Of a DNA stretch of 64,000 nt, positions 17,697 through 27,481 are shown in pieces. How positions within the stretch are numbered: position 1 is the first letter of the stretch; every line of letters starts with the position of its first letter. The position numbers and the translations under genes are program-made. The notes beneath the pieces are model-generated. The model worked only from the letters and a program-made list of their open reading frames with translations, did not search any database and was not told the DNA's origin. The DNA is from an uncultured Candidatus Saccharibacteria bacterium. GTDB lineage: Bacteria; Patescibacteriota; Minisyncoccia; Phycocordibacterales; UBA9973. The stretch lies in contig CAYVZI010000003.1 of assembly GCA_964456475.1 (NCBI GenBank), positions 14,092 through 78,091 on the forward strand. Direction: 5' to 3'.

Positions 17697-18329
17697 ATGA
17701 AAAAAATCTATTTTGTCCGTCATGGAGAAAGTGAAGGGAATATTGGTCCAGTGCAACAGGATCACACGTCACCCCTTACTCAAAAAGGGAAGGAACAGGC
17801 TCACTCTGTAGCGAAGCGACTTGCTGGTGTTTCTGTCGGAGTTATTGTTTCGAGCAATATGCTCCGTGCAAAAGAAACAGCAGAGGTGGTTGCTGGTGTG
17901 ACGAATGCTCCTGTCGAACATTCAGATTTTTTTGCTGAGCGCAGAAAGCCCTCGCTTATGTATGGTAAGTCGAAAGACGATACTGAATCGGTTGATGCGT
18001 ATAAAACGGTGGTCGCTAATTTTCATTTGCCTGGATTTCGTCATTCTGACGAAGAAAATTTCGATGATTTGAAAGATCGCGCAAAAAATGCGATGGCATA
18101 TCTCGCAAGTCGTCCAGAAGAAACCATTGTCGTTGTCACTCACGGATATTTTATGCGAATCATTATGGCGTACGCATTATTTGGAGATTCTCTTACTGGG
18201 GAAGAGTGCTCGCGTTGTGCACGATTTTTTCATATGGAAAATACAGGAATCACAATTTTGGAACATACGGAGAAAAAAGAAAATCCATGGTGGCTATGGG
18301 TGTGGAATGACCATGTACATTTAACCTAA
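17697..18329 (+). CDS. Histidine phosphatase family protein
   Basis: FVRHGESEGN, SSNMLRAKETA, VTHG. Confidence 0.9.
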   Translation: MKKIYFVRHGESEGNIGPVQQDHTSPLTQKGKEQAHSVAKRLAGVSVGVIVSSNMLRAKETAEVVAGVTNAPVEHSDFFAERRKPSLMYGKSKDDTESVDAYKTVVANFHLPGFRHSDEENFDDLKDRAKNAMAYLASRPEETIVVVTHGYFMRIIMAYALFGDSLTGEECSRCARFFHMENTGITILEHTEKKENPWWLWVWNDHVHLT

Positions 18330-18424
18330 ATTATATTTTGCTTCGAAAATAACCTTACAAAACAAGGTTATTTTTGATTGACAAATTAGTCATTGTTTGA
18401 TATAATACCGACAAATTTCCTCAT

Positions 18425-18862
18425 ATGAAAAACACATTAGAAAAGAAATATTTTTACTATTCTGCTAAAGCCTGGCAGCTGATGAGTCTTGCACTCTTTT
18501 TTGTTACACTTCGAATGATATGTATCGAAATGTCCGCAGTTGTAATAGGTAATACTGTTGCTATCTTTGCTTTTGCCTCGGGTATTATGTTGCCACTGTT
18601 GTCTGCTTCAGCACTTTGTCCACCAGAAAATAATAAAAAAAATAATGGTGGAAATAGTCGAGTGTACACGTTTAGTATGGCATTGTTTATTATGACAATA
18701 ATGTTCTCGGGTATTATGTTGAGTAACATCGGATTTGTGGTTCAATCGTACAAACAATCAGCTCTCGGATGGGCCGTTGCATTATTTATTCTTTTTTTAG
18801 TTGAATCAACATTAATTCGCAGGTGGAAACGTAGATATGGACAGGAACTAAAAAATGCATGA
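18425..18862 (+). CDS. Hypothetical 4-TM membrane protein
   Basis: Own TTGACA-17-TATAAT promoter and downstream hairpin. Confidence 0.65.
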   Translation: MKNTLEKKYFYYSAKAWQLMSLALFFVTLRMICIEMSAVVIGNTVAIFAFASGIMLPLLSASALCPPENNKKNNGGNSRVYTFSMALFIMTIMFSGIMLSNIGFVVQSYKQSALGWAVALFILFLVESTLIRRWKRRYGQELKNA

Positions 18863-18963
18863 ACAAAATTTGAAAATGCCCATGTAAATGGGCATTTTTT
18901 TATCCCCATTTGCGTAAAAATGGGGGAGGTGTAGAATACGTGGGCAGTTGAAAAAGAAATAAC

Positions 18964-19056
18964 ATTTGTGTTTGGGGAAGTGAGGTGAAAATCCTCCACA
19001 GTGCCGCTACGGTGATCCAAGAATTTACTTGGGAAGTCCGATTACCAATCACGAAT
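18964..19056 (+). ncRNA. Cobalamin riboswitch aptamer (compact)
   Basis: GGGAA-gtgaGGTGAAAaTCCtc-cACAGTGCCGCTACGGTGA..AAGTCCGAttACC with closing stem atttgtgtttgg/ccaatcacgaat. Confidence 0.8.
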
Positions 19057-19106
19057 AGGTGCGTCCCGAGCAGGAAAATGAGTATGCGAATGTGTACCCA
19101 GATATA

Positions 19107-19129
19107 GACTCCTCGGCGGGAGTTTTTTT
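19107..19129 (+). terminator. Riboswitch expression-platform terminator
   Basis: gactcc-tcggcg-ggagt followed by a T-run. Confidence 0.7.
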
Positions 19130-19140
19130 GTGCTCGTATT

Positions 19141-19305
19141 GTCATTCCCGAGTACTCATCGGGAATCCAGGTTGAATGAATTTAAACCCAGAACCTGGAT
19201 CCATTACATGGACTGTACACCTTTCGCTTTCCGAGTACGGAATACTCAAGGTCTTGCGGAACGGGTCCCAACCCATTCCTCACTCGGTCAAGCCGAGGAT
19301 GACAC
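19141..19305. repeat. Compound GTCATTCC-type palindromic element
   Basis: gtcattcccgagtactcatcgggaatccagg ... ctcggtcaagccgaggatgacac. Confidence 0.7.
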
Positions 19306-19320
19306 AAATCCACACGCGAT

Positions 19321-19830
19321 ATGTATAAAAAATATACACCAATCATCATTTTTGGAATTCTCATTCTTGCTACAGCAGGAGCTTTGGGTTATTCGATACA
19401 AAAAAAGGACAATTTTATTGCTCCGTATGTTATTCCCGTTGCGTCACCAGTTCCAGTCGCTAAAACCCCAGACTCTTCTCCTGTTGTAAAAAACGACTTG
19501 GTTCAGAAAAAAGTAGACCAAACACCAAGCACCATAAACCAAACACCAACGCTTTCTATTACAGTTGTTGCTGGTGAGACGAAGGTGGGTATTCCGTACG
19601 TTGAAAACGAAACATTTTATAGCACGCTTGTTTCTGCTCAGAAATCTGGATTGGTTACATTTGCTGGACGTGAGTATTCAGGACTTGGATTTTTTGTGAG
19701 TGATATTGGAGATTTGCATATGACTCCTGGAAAAAATTTGTTGTATTACATTAATGGCAAGGAAGCGTCAGTCGGCGTGTCTACTTATATCCCGAAGAAC
19801 GGCGACGTCGTGGAATGGAGACTTAATTAA
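19321..19830 (+). CDS. Membrane-anchored DUF4430 (transcobalamin C-terminal-like) protein
   Basis: YSGLGFFVSDIG..YYINGKEASVGVSTYIPKNGDVVEW. Confidence 0.85.
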   Translation: MYKKYTPIIIFGILILATAGALGYSIQKKDNFIAPYVIPVASPVPVAKTPDSSPVVKNDLVQKKVDQTPSTINQTPTLSITVVAGETKVGIPYVENETFYSTLVSAQKSGLVTFAGREYSGLGFFVSDIGDLHMTPGKNLLYYINGKEASVGVSTYIPKNGDVVEWRLN

Positions 19831-19834
19831 AATT

Positions 19835-22033
19835 ATGAAAAACTTTTTTATAAAATTTGGTGTTGTGCTTTCTTTTGTTCTTGTGTTTGGAACTGTGGCT
19901 GTTCGTGCCGAGGTGGTGGCTGATACCACTGTGCCTGTAATCACACTTTTAGGCGATGCAAACCTTTCAATTGAGCAAGGGGTGACATACATCGATGCGG
20001 GTGCGACTGCGAGTGACGAAACAGACGGAGATATTACCGCGAATATTGTTATAACCGGAACAGTGGATACTGCGACCGTTGGTGTATATACAGAAACGTA
20101 TGCTGTATCTGATGTTGCAGGTAATCCTGCGACGCCAGTAGTTCGTACGATAACAGTCACTCCCGTAGTTGTTGTGGTTCCAACCGAAACAATTATTGTT
20201 CGAAACGGAGATACTGTCATTTGGCAAGGAGAAGTACCATTGCCTGATGACGGAACAGAAACGATCAGTGACGTAAATGGAAATCCTCATACGGTGAGCA
20301 CTCGCAGTGTCCTTGCTCTTGTAAAAGATGCTGAAACGACAAGTGGTGCATTTACACTTTCAAACCTAACTTATTATGATTCATTCGGAGCTTTCTATTT
20401 CAAATGTATTACTCCGACCGGAGGCACAGAACTTTGCGACAATTGGCAGTATGCAGTCGGCGGTACGACACCATGGACGAGTATTGATCAAACAATACTT
20501 ACCGGCGGAGAGACCATTGGAATTTATTTTGGAAATAACCACCAGGTTTCTTTTGGCACAACTACAATTTCGGCAGGTGGTACACTCACCGCAACTGCAG
20601 AAAAATATAATTATATTGATAATACCTGGAGTCCGTTAACCGGAGTTTCTGTTGGTATAACAACGCCAAACGAATCCGATCCGTGGAATCCGATCGTTAT
20701 TTCAACGAATCCTGTCGATTCCAACGGTAGTGCAGTAATAACAATTGAGAATCCTGGAGTTTATAATGCAGGTATTGTGGAGGACTATTATTTTCCTTCG
20801 TATGTAGTTACGGTAAATGCTGTTTCTGGGGGAGGTGGCGGAGGTGGAACTACTTCGACAACGTTCAGTGTGCCAAATGCAATTGCTTATTTGAAATCAG
20901 TGCAGTCGAGCGATGGTTCTTTTGGCGGTTCAGATCTATACACTGATTGGGTGGCGGTTACCTATGGAGCAGGTAGTGTTTTTGATAACTCTCGTAATTC
21001 TCTTCTTTCGTATCTTGCTTCACATAACACACTCTACTCACTCGTAACCGATAATGAACGCCGTGCAATGGCACTGCTCGCACTCGGGCAAAATCCGTAT
21101 TCGTATAACGGTGTAAATTATATCGAAGCAATTACTCAATCGTTTGATGGTACCCAAATTGGGGACGTGCATTTAATCAACGATGATGTTTTTGGATTGA
21201 TTGTACTTTCAAAAGCAGGGTATACGACAAGTGATGTAGAAATTTCAAAAACAATTGAATACATAGTGAAGGCGCAGCTGGTAAACGGATCATGGGACGG
21301 AAGTGTCGATATGACAGCTGCTTCAATTCAAGCACTCTCACTATTTCCGGGTGCACCTGGTGTTTCAGAATCGGTTACAAAAGCGGGTATGTATTTGCAA
21401 AATAATCAGAGCGGGGATGGTGGCTGGGTAAACGTGTCATCATCAAGTTGGGCGACTCAGGCAATGAACACACTGAATGTGTTGTGGACAAACAACGGAA
21501 AAACACCAGTACATTATTTTGGTGGTATACAGGCATCTGATGGTGCGGCATCTTTGAATTCTGAATCATTACAAAATAGGATTTGGGCGACGAGCTATGC
21601 TATTCCAGCAGTGCTTGGAAAATCATGGGATGCCATTTTGATTGGTGTTGCCCGCCCAAGTGTAAGCACTGGCGGTAACAATACGAACGGTGAGAGTGGT
21701 ACCACCAATCAGACTGACACACTCGTCGAAACAAAAAAAATCGAAATTGTAGAATTTCAGAATGATGCAATCGAAAAAAAGCCAAAACCAGAAGAGTTGG
21801 AAAAAGAAACAGAACGTGTGATAAATCAAAATCCAACGCAGCTCGTTTTTGCTCAAGAAAATAAAGTGCCACCTGTTCCGTCTGAAGATGCTCTTCCGCA
21901 AAATAATTTTGAATCGAATCTACTGACTGCAAGTGCAGAAGGGAGTAGGGTTCCAGTGCCTCTCTTTGTAACTGTCGGTGCGGGGATACTTGCTCTTGTT
22001 GGCGGCTTTTGGTATTGGTTTCGTCGACCGTAA
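19835..22033 (+). CDS. Surface protein: signal peptide, DUF5011 Ig-like, DUF4430-like, prenyltransferase-like alpha-barrel, C-terminal TM anchor
   Basis: DTTVPVITLLG..DAGATASD; WQYAVGG; YLKSVQSSDGSFG, AQLVNGSW, YLQNNQSGDGGW; TM plus FRRP tail. Confidence 0.75.
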   Translation: MKNFFIKFGVVLSFVLVFGTVAVRAEVVADTTVPVITLLGDANLSIEQGVTYIDAGATASDETDGDITANIVITGTVDTATVGVYTETYAVSDVAGNPATPVVRTITVTPVVVVVPTETIIVRNGDTVIWQGEVPLPDDGTETISDVNGNPHTVSTRSVLALVKDAETTSGAFTLSNLTYYDSFGAFYFKCITPTGGTELCDNWQYAVGGTTPWTSIDQTILTGGETIGIYFGNNHQVSFGTTTISAGGTLTATAEKYNYIDNTWSPLTGVSVGITTPNESDPWNPIVISTNPVDSNGSAVITIENPGVYNAGIVEDYYFPSYVVTVNAVSGGGGGGGTTSTTFSVPNAIAYLKSVQSSDGSFGGSDLYTDWVAVTYGAGSVFDNSRNSLLSYLASHNTLYSLVTDNERRAMALLALGQNPYSYNGVNYIEAITQSFDGTQIGDVHLINDDVFGLIVLSKAGYTTSDVEISKTIEYIVKAQLVNGSWDGSVDMTAASIQALSLFPGAPGVSESVTKAGMYLQNNQSGDGGWVNVSSSSWATQAMNTLNVLWTNNGKTPVHYFGGIQASDGAASLNSESLQNRIWATSYAIPAVLGKSWDAILIGVARPSVSTGGNNTNGESGTTNQTDTLVETKKIEIVEFQNDAIEKKPKPEELEKETERVINQNPTQLVFAQENKVPPVPSEDALPQNNFESNLLTASAEGSRVPVPLFVTVGAGILALVGGFWYWFRRP

Positions 22034-22098
22034 TATGAATGTATAGCATAGTGTAAAAGCCCAATTTTGATTGGGCTTTTACGTGATATAATCTAAAC

Positions 22099-22548
22099 AT
22101 GTATTCAGACAACGCCGGCAATGATTTGCTACAGAAGGCAGATGACAAAGCTCTCCAAAAAGCCAAGGAGGTTTTTGGGGATTTTGTGATATCGGTCGAA
22201 AATATAATCGACCGTTCGATTGAGCTTGGAAAGGCACGCGATATCCAAATGCTTACGGTACTTCGAGAGTTAAACACGGTACAAGATGATCTTGATGCCC
22301 TTGCAAAAAGTGCCCACGAAGAAGTTCCCGATCATAATTACCATATTGAGGTAACAAAAATTATTCGTGAGTACATTGCAGGAATTATAGAGCACGAATA
22401 TCAAAAGATTGAGGAACTTCGAAAAACAAAACCAGACGAGATTCAAGAAATAACAATGAGGATGAATCAATTAAGCAACATTATTCAGTTCTATGATACC
22501 GAATATCCTGAGTTGCAACTGGCTCTGAGAAACAAACACATGTATTAG
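22099..22548 (+). CDS. Hypothetical helical protein
   Basis: 149-aa ORF with upstream -10 TATAAT. Confidence 0.65.
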   Translation: MYSDNAGNDLLQKADDKALQKAKEVFGDFVISVENIIDRSIELGKARDIQMLTVLRELNTVQDDLDALAKSAHEEVPDHNYHIEVTKIIREYIAGIIEHEYQKIEELRKTKPDEIQEITMRMNQLSNIIQFYDTEYPELQLALRNKHMY

Positions 22549-22575
22549 TATCTATTACAAATAATATTTATTCTT

Positions 22576-23343
22576 ATGCAAGAACACACCACCCGAGAGG
22601 AGAGTGCTCCATCAGGAGAACAAAAAATAAAAGCAATTTCTTTGACGCAGGCAGTTTTGATCAATGGTCTCATAATTGCAATCGCTATTATTATTGGTGC
22701 ATGCATTATTCACGGTACATTCGATTCAAGCAACGATACGAAGCAGGGATCAGGTGAGACAAAGCAAGCTCTGTCAGTCGATATCAAAAATGTTTCGCTT
22801 TCTCACGAGCCGTTCATCGGTAATACGGAGGCAAAAGTAGTTGTTGCGTACTGGTCTGATTATCAGTGTTCGTATTGTAAAAAATTTGAAACAGGGCCAT
22901 TTCAGGAAATTATAAAGAACTACGTTTCGACCGGTGATGTTGCCATCGTTTTTAAGGATTACTCGTTCCTTGGTCCGGATTCAACTACTGCTGGCCTCTA
23001 TGATCGTGCGGTTTGGAATTTGTATCCCGAGCAGTACTTTGCTTGGAGAGAAGCAATGTTTGTTGCTCAAGACGGAGTGAATAGTGGATTTGGTGATGAA
23101 GCGAGTGTTGTAAAGCTCACCGGAACAATTCCTGGAATTGATGCAAAAAAAGTAGAGGCTGATGTGAAAAAAAATAACAATGCATATACGAAGCTTATGG
23201 AGGAATCACGTTCGCAGGGCTTAGATTTTGGAATCAATGGAACACCTTCATTTATCACTGGAACGCAGTTGATTGGGGGATACGTTGATTATGCTGGTTT
23301 CAAGACCCACCTCGATAAGCAATTGAAACAAATAAAAAAATAA
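22576..23343 (+). CDS. DsbA family thioredoxin-fold oxidoreductase
   Basis: SDYQCSYCKKF, GINGTPSF, N-terminal TM. Confidence 0.9.
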   Translation: MQEHTTREESAPSGEQKIKAISLTQAVLINGLIIAIAIIIGACIIHGTFDSSNDTKQGSGETKQALSVDIKNVSLSHEPFIGNTEAKVVVAYWSDYQCSYCKKFETGPFQEIIKNYVSTGDVAIVFKDYSFLGPDSTTAGLYDRAVWNLYPEQYFAWREAMFVAQDGVNSGFGDEASVVKLTGTIPGIDAKKVEADVKKNNNAYTKLMEESRSQGLDFGINGTPSFITGTQLIGGYVDYAGFKTHLDKQLKQIKK

Positions 23344-23398
23344 ATCTTACGGATATCACTCTTGATACTTACTAAGCCATACACTATACTTTCTACAT

Positions 23399-23572
23399 AT
23401 GACAACACTTACACATCTTTGGGAAACAATACTCGGGGCAATCAGCTCGGTAGGGTATGTACCGTTTGCTGTTATGGTAATTGCGACTATTGTTCTCTAC
23501 AGACTTCACCCTGTTCTCGGTTTTCTCGGAGTACTTTTCTTGTTTGCAATACTTACTGGGCTTATTACATAA
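23399..23572 (+). CDS. Small 57-aa membrane protein (not in the ORF track)
   Basis: MTTLTHLWETILGAISSVGYVPFAVMVIATIVLYRLHPVLGFLGVLFLFAILTGLIT; TTGATA-17-TATACT upstream, terminator downstream. Confidence 0.7.
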   Translation: MTTLTHLWETILGAISSVGYVPFAVMVIATIVLYRLHPVLGFLGVLFLFAILTGLIT

Positions 23573-23644
23573 TATTTTTTCAAAAAGACTCCCCAGTTGG
23601 GAGTCTTTTTGTATGTTAGACATCGAAGGGTATTTGTATATACT

Positions 23645-23920
23645 ATGGATATGTTTGAACGACCTGACACGCTCAATACCTCAAATGAACTAGATTTGTT
23701 GGTGAATCCACCAACTGATGTCGTAGGAAAAGACGGCCGACCGGATGACGCGTGGGTACTTGAGCAAGAAACTATATTAAACAAAAAATACCCAGGTAGA
23801 AATTTGCTACTGGAATATCATTCTTTGGATAACAAGATGCATGTTTCAGAAAATACGAGCGAGACGAGTCCAGGTTCACCCACACGTCCGCTTGATGAGT
23901 GGCAAAAAATTAATTCGTAA
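23645..23920 (+). CDS. Hypothetical protein
   Basis: ORF filling the gap before the methyltransferase. Confidence 0.55.
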   Translation: MDMFERPDTLNTSNELDLLVNPPTDVVGKDGRPDDAWVLEQETILNKKYPGRNLLLEYHSLDNKMHVSENTSETSPGSPTRPLDEWQKINS

Positions 23921-23926
23921 ATTCCC

Positions 23927-24808
23927 ATGATAGAAATACTAAAAAAACAAAAAGACTATGAATTGCTCGATTCCGGAGAAGGGGAAAAGCTTGAGCGGTT
24001 TGGCAAATATACCCTCGCACGTCCGGACCCTGAAGCACTTTGGGAAAAGAGGCTTTCAAAAAAAGTATGGGATGATGCCGATGCACGTTTTGAGCGACGC
24101 GGAGCGAGTGGTTCATGGAAAACAAAAAATGGCTTTCCAAAAAATTGGAACCTTGAATTTGGCGGACTCACTTTGGAACTTCGTCCAACATCATTCAAAC
24201 ATGTTGGACTTTTTCCCGAACAACTGAGCCACTGGAAGTGGCTCGAAGAAAAAATTACGAATTACGAATTAGAAATTAAGAATAAAAACACAAAAATACG
24301 AATGCTTAATCTTTTTGCTTACACAGGTGGAGCAACATTATCGGCTCTCAAAGCTGGTGCGGAAGTTACTCACGTAGATTCTTCAAAGGTGGCAATCGAA
24401 TGGGCTCGTAAAAATGCCGAACTTTCTGGTCTTGTAGATGCACCCGTTCGTTGGATAGAAGATGACGTGCTTAAATTCCTGCGACGTGAAGTAAAGCGTG
24501 GAAACAAATACGACGTGGTCATCATGGACCCTCCGGCATTCGGTCATGGCTCAGGCAAAACACTCTGGAAAATCGAAAAAGATTTTTATGAATTATTTAA
24601 CTTGGTAGAACAAGTTCTCTCTGAAAATCCAGTCGCAGTAATCGTGAATGGATATACTGCTGGCTATTCGCCACTCACACTCGAAAATAATGCAAAAAGA
24701 TTGTTGGAAAAGTACGGAGGCAGTACTGATTGCGGAGAACTCGCAATTTCTGAAACAGATAGCGATCGACTTTTGCCGGCTGGAGTATTTGCACGGTGGA
24801 GCAGGTAA
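23927..24808 (+). CDS. Class I SAM-dependent (RlmI/RlmK-like) RNA methyltransferase
   Basis: YELLDSGEGEKLERFG, LNLFAYTGG, DPPAFG. Confidence 0.88.
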   Translation: MIEILKKQKDYELLDSGEGEKLERFGKYTLARPDPEALWEKRLSKKVWDDADARFERRGASGSWKTKNGFPKNWNLEFGGLTLELRPTSFKHVGLFPEQLSHWKWLEEKITNYELEIKNKNTKIRMLNLFAYTGGATLSALKAGAEVTHVDSSKVAIEWARKNAELSGLVDAPVRWIEDDVLKFLRREVKRGNKYDVVIMDPPAFGHGSGKTLWKIEKDFYELFNLVEQVLSENPVAVIVNGYTAGYSPLTLENNAKRLLEKYGGSTDCGELAISETDSDRLLPAGVFARWSR

Positions 24809-24936
24809 AATCAATTAGGAATGAAATACGCAATAAAAAATGCCGGAATGGCATTTTTTATTGCGTATTTTTGAATGCAAAAGAGGCTCATTTGTGGTAT
24901 TCTTGTATTCGTATAAGCTTTAATTATTGAAATACC

Positions 24937-25470
24937 ATGAATAAACAAACAATTATTACTCTGGTTGCAATTGTAATTCTTGCTGTACTTATTGTGTACA
25001 CACAAAAGAATTATCATCCAAAGGAAACAGCACCAATAGACGTTGAAACAACTCAAAATTATGAGGAAGGTGCAGAGGCAGAATCGAATATTACAGCTAT
25101 TACAAATCAACCAAAAAATTCTATGGAAGGAACAGAAACAACTACGGCGAGTGGGCTCAAAATGACAATCATAAAGGAAGGTACAGGAACTCCCGCAGTT
25201 TCTGGTGATATGGTAACGGTCCACTACACGGGTATGTTTACTGATGGTAAGGTCTTTGATTCGAGTGTCGGAAAGCAGCCATTTTCATTCAAGCTTGGAG
25301 CACATATGGTGATTTCCGGCTGGGACGAAGGAGTAGCTGGTATGAAGGTTGGAGAAAAACGTCATCTCGTAATTCCAGCAAGTATCGGATACGGACCGAA
25401 CGGATACGGGCCGATTCCGGGGAATGCAACGCTTGTGTTTGATGTTGAGCTTCTTGCTATCAATCAATAG
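24937..25470 (+). CDS. FKBP-type peptidyl-prolyl isomerase
   Basis: VHYTG..FDSS..VISGWDEG..IPGNATLVFDVEL. Confidence 0.95.
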   Translation: MNKQTIITLVAIVILAVLIVYTQKNYHPKETAPIDVETTQNYEEGAEAESNITAITNQPKNSMEGTETTTASGLKMTIIKEGTGTPAVSGDMVTVHYTGMFTDGKVFDSSVGKQPFSFKLGAHMVISGWDEGVAGMKVGEKRHLVIPASIGYGPNGYGPIPGNATLVFDVELLAINQ

Positions 25471-25483
25471 TGGTACATATTGT

Positions 25484-25603
25484 ATGAAGAAAAAAATTCT
25501 TACTATCATTGTGTTGCTCTTTATACTCTCAGGAATTACCTGGGGTATCTACGGCATGATGAATCCAACTCTCAGTACGGTTAACGCTAGTATTCCTAAC
25601 TAA
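25484..25603 (+). CDS. Small 39-aa single-TM protein (not in the ORF track)
   Basis: MKKKILTIIVLLFILSGITWGIYGMMNPTLSTVNASIPN. Confidence 0.55.
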   Translation: MKKKILTIIVLLFILSGITWGIYGMMNPTLSTVNASIPN

Positions 25604-25643
25604 TCGGCAGTCGATGTATTATCAATAATTATTTTTTAAACAG

Positions 25644-26414
25644 ATGAATACTTTTTTTGATCAAAATAATGCTACACGTATGGGCAAGATTCTCATGGTT
25701 CTCGCAATCCTTGCGACATTGTTTGTGTGTGTAAAATTTGTAAGTGCCGTCAAAAACATGAATCGTGCTACTGATATTGCCAAGGCGACAACAATCGATG
25801 TTTCCGGTGAAGGAAAATCTTTTGCAATTCCTGATATTGCAAACGTAAGCTTTACGGTAGAACAAAAAGAAGCAACAGTGCATGAAGCACAGGAAATTGT
25901 TACCAAAAAATCAAATGATGCAATCGCATTTTTGAAATCTTCTGGAATCGCTGAAAAAGATATTCAAACTACTAATTACAGTGCAAATCCACAGTACGAT
26001 TATTCGTATTCAGGTGGAAGGTCACCAAAGCTGACTGGATATATCGTTTCAAATACTGTAACGGTAAAAATTCGTGACACTGCAACCGTAGGGAAGATTA
26101 TTGACGGTCTTGGTGCAAAAGGAGTAACCGGTCTCACTGGTCCAAATTTTACGGTTGATAACCCAAATGCCTTGAGTGCAGAGGCTCGAGCAAAAGCAAT
26201 TGCAGATGCAAAGGCAAAAGCAGAAGTCCTAGCGAAGGATCTTGGCGTCCGCTTGGTTCGCATTGTCCGTTTTTCAGAGAGTAACGGAGGAAATTATCCA
26301 CAACCAATGTACGCAAAAGATATGATGGTGGGTGGTGCAGGTGCTACTCCAGAGTTTGCAGTAGGGGAGAATAAGTTTACTTCGAATGTAACAATTACCT
26401 ACGAGATACGATAG
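25644..26414 (+). CDS. SIMPL (DUF541) domain protein
   Basis: IDVSGEG..PDIA, AIADAKAKAEVLA. Confidence 0.9.
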   Translation: MNTFFDQNNATRMGKILMVLAILATLFVCVKFVSAVKNMNRATDIAKATTIDVSGEGKSFAIPDIANVSFTVEQKEATVHEAQEIVTKKSNDAIAFLKSSGIAEKDIQTTNYSANPQYDYSYSGGRSPKLTGYIVSNTVTVKIRDTATVGKIIDGLGAKGVTGLTGPNFTVDNPNALSAEARAKAIADAKAKAEVLAKDLGVRLVRIVRFSESNGGNYPQPMYAKDMMVGGAGATPEFAVGENKFTSNVTITYEIR

Positions 26415-26572
26415 TAAACGCAAGCTCTAAAAATTAAATTCTAAACTCTAAAAAAGGTGCGTTGGCGAAAGCCGGCGCACCTTTTGACTTTTATATAGGT
26501 TTGGGGTATTATCTGTGTATCAGAAAGGCCCCCGCGGGCTTTTTAATTTAGCCATTAAACGAAGATTCTAAA

Positions 26573-26755
26573 ATGAGTATTATTTCATATATCAAAGAAA
26601 CACGCGAAGAACTAAAGCATGTAAACTGGCCGAGCCGCAAACAGGCAATAGCTTATTCTGTGGCAGTGATTATTCTTTCTGTCCTTGTTGCATACTTGCT
26701 TGGTGCGTTTGATGCATTGTTTCAGTACGGACTCAGTAAGCTATTGGGCTTTTAA
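26573..26755 (+). CDS. secE: Preprotein translocase subunit SecE
   Basis: ELKHVNWPSR; upstream of nusG. Confidence 0.95.
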   Translation: MSIISYIKETREELKHVNWPSRKQAIAYSVAVIILSVLVAYLLGAFDALFQYGLSKLLGF

Positions 26756-26783
26756 TTTTATTAGCAATTAATTTTTTAGACCC

Positions 26784-27332
26784 ATGGCAAAACAAGAAAT
26801 ACAAGGAGACCGAAGTTGGTATGCGATCCACACCTATGCTGGATATGAAAACGCAGTGCTTCGAAACCTCAAACAGCGTATTGAATCACTCGGAATGCAA
26901 GACAAGATCTTCAACGTAGTTGTTCCAATGGAAAAGAAGATCAAAATCAAGGCAGGGAAGCGCGTTGAATCTGAAGAGCGCGTATATCCCGGTTATGTCC
27001 TTGTGGATATGATCGTGACTGATGACTCTTGGTACGTAGTCCGTAACACTCCTCGCGTAACTGGATTCGTTGGAGCAGGGGTAAACCCAGTTCCACTCAA
27101 CAAAGACGAGGTTGCTGCACTCTTCAAAACTATGGACAACACCGAAAGTGCAAAGCACACAATCGACCTCTCAATCGGAGATCTTGTGACTATCGCCGAT
27201 GGACCATTCAAAGAACTCGAAGGGAAGGTGTCAGATGTTGACCATGATCGAGGAAAGGTTCGCGTACTCGTCGCAATGTTCGGCCGCGAAACTCCAGTGG
27301 AACTCGACTTCCTTCAGGTGAAGAAGATGTAA
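26784..27332 (+). CDS. nusG: Transcription factor NusG
   Basis: WYAIHTYAGYE, VRNTPRVTGFVG, MFGRETPVEL. Confidence 0.98.
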   Translation: MAKQEIQGDRSWYAIHTYAGYENAVLRNLKQRIESLGMQDKIFNVVVPMEKKIKIKAGKRVESEERVYPGYVLVDMIVTDDSWYVVRNTPRVTGFVGAGVNPVPLNKDEVAALFKTMDNTESAKHTIDLSIGDLVTIADGPFKELEGKVSDVDHDRGKVRVLVAMFGRETPVELDFLQVKKM

Positions 27333-27481
27333 CGAGCCCAGGCTTTAGGCACTAGGCGTTAGGCTTTAGCCAAAATAGCCCAGTTGCTTTTACTATTTTT
27401 TCTGGTATAGTTTCGTTTGTTACGCTACAGCTTCAATTTTACCTAGTGCCTAGAGCCTAATAATCTAATTATCTAATTCAA

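Noticed and set aside
20829-21650. Squalene-hopene cyclase or terpene biosynthesis gene
   Set aside because: Only QW-like structural repeats in a secreted protein, no DxDD catalytic motif, and the context points to B12 binding.
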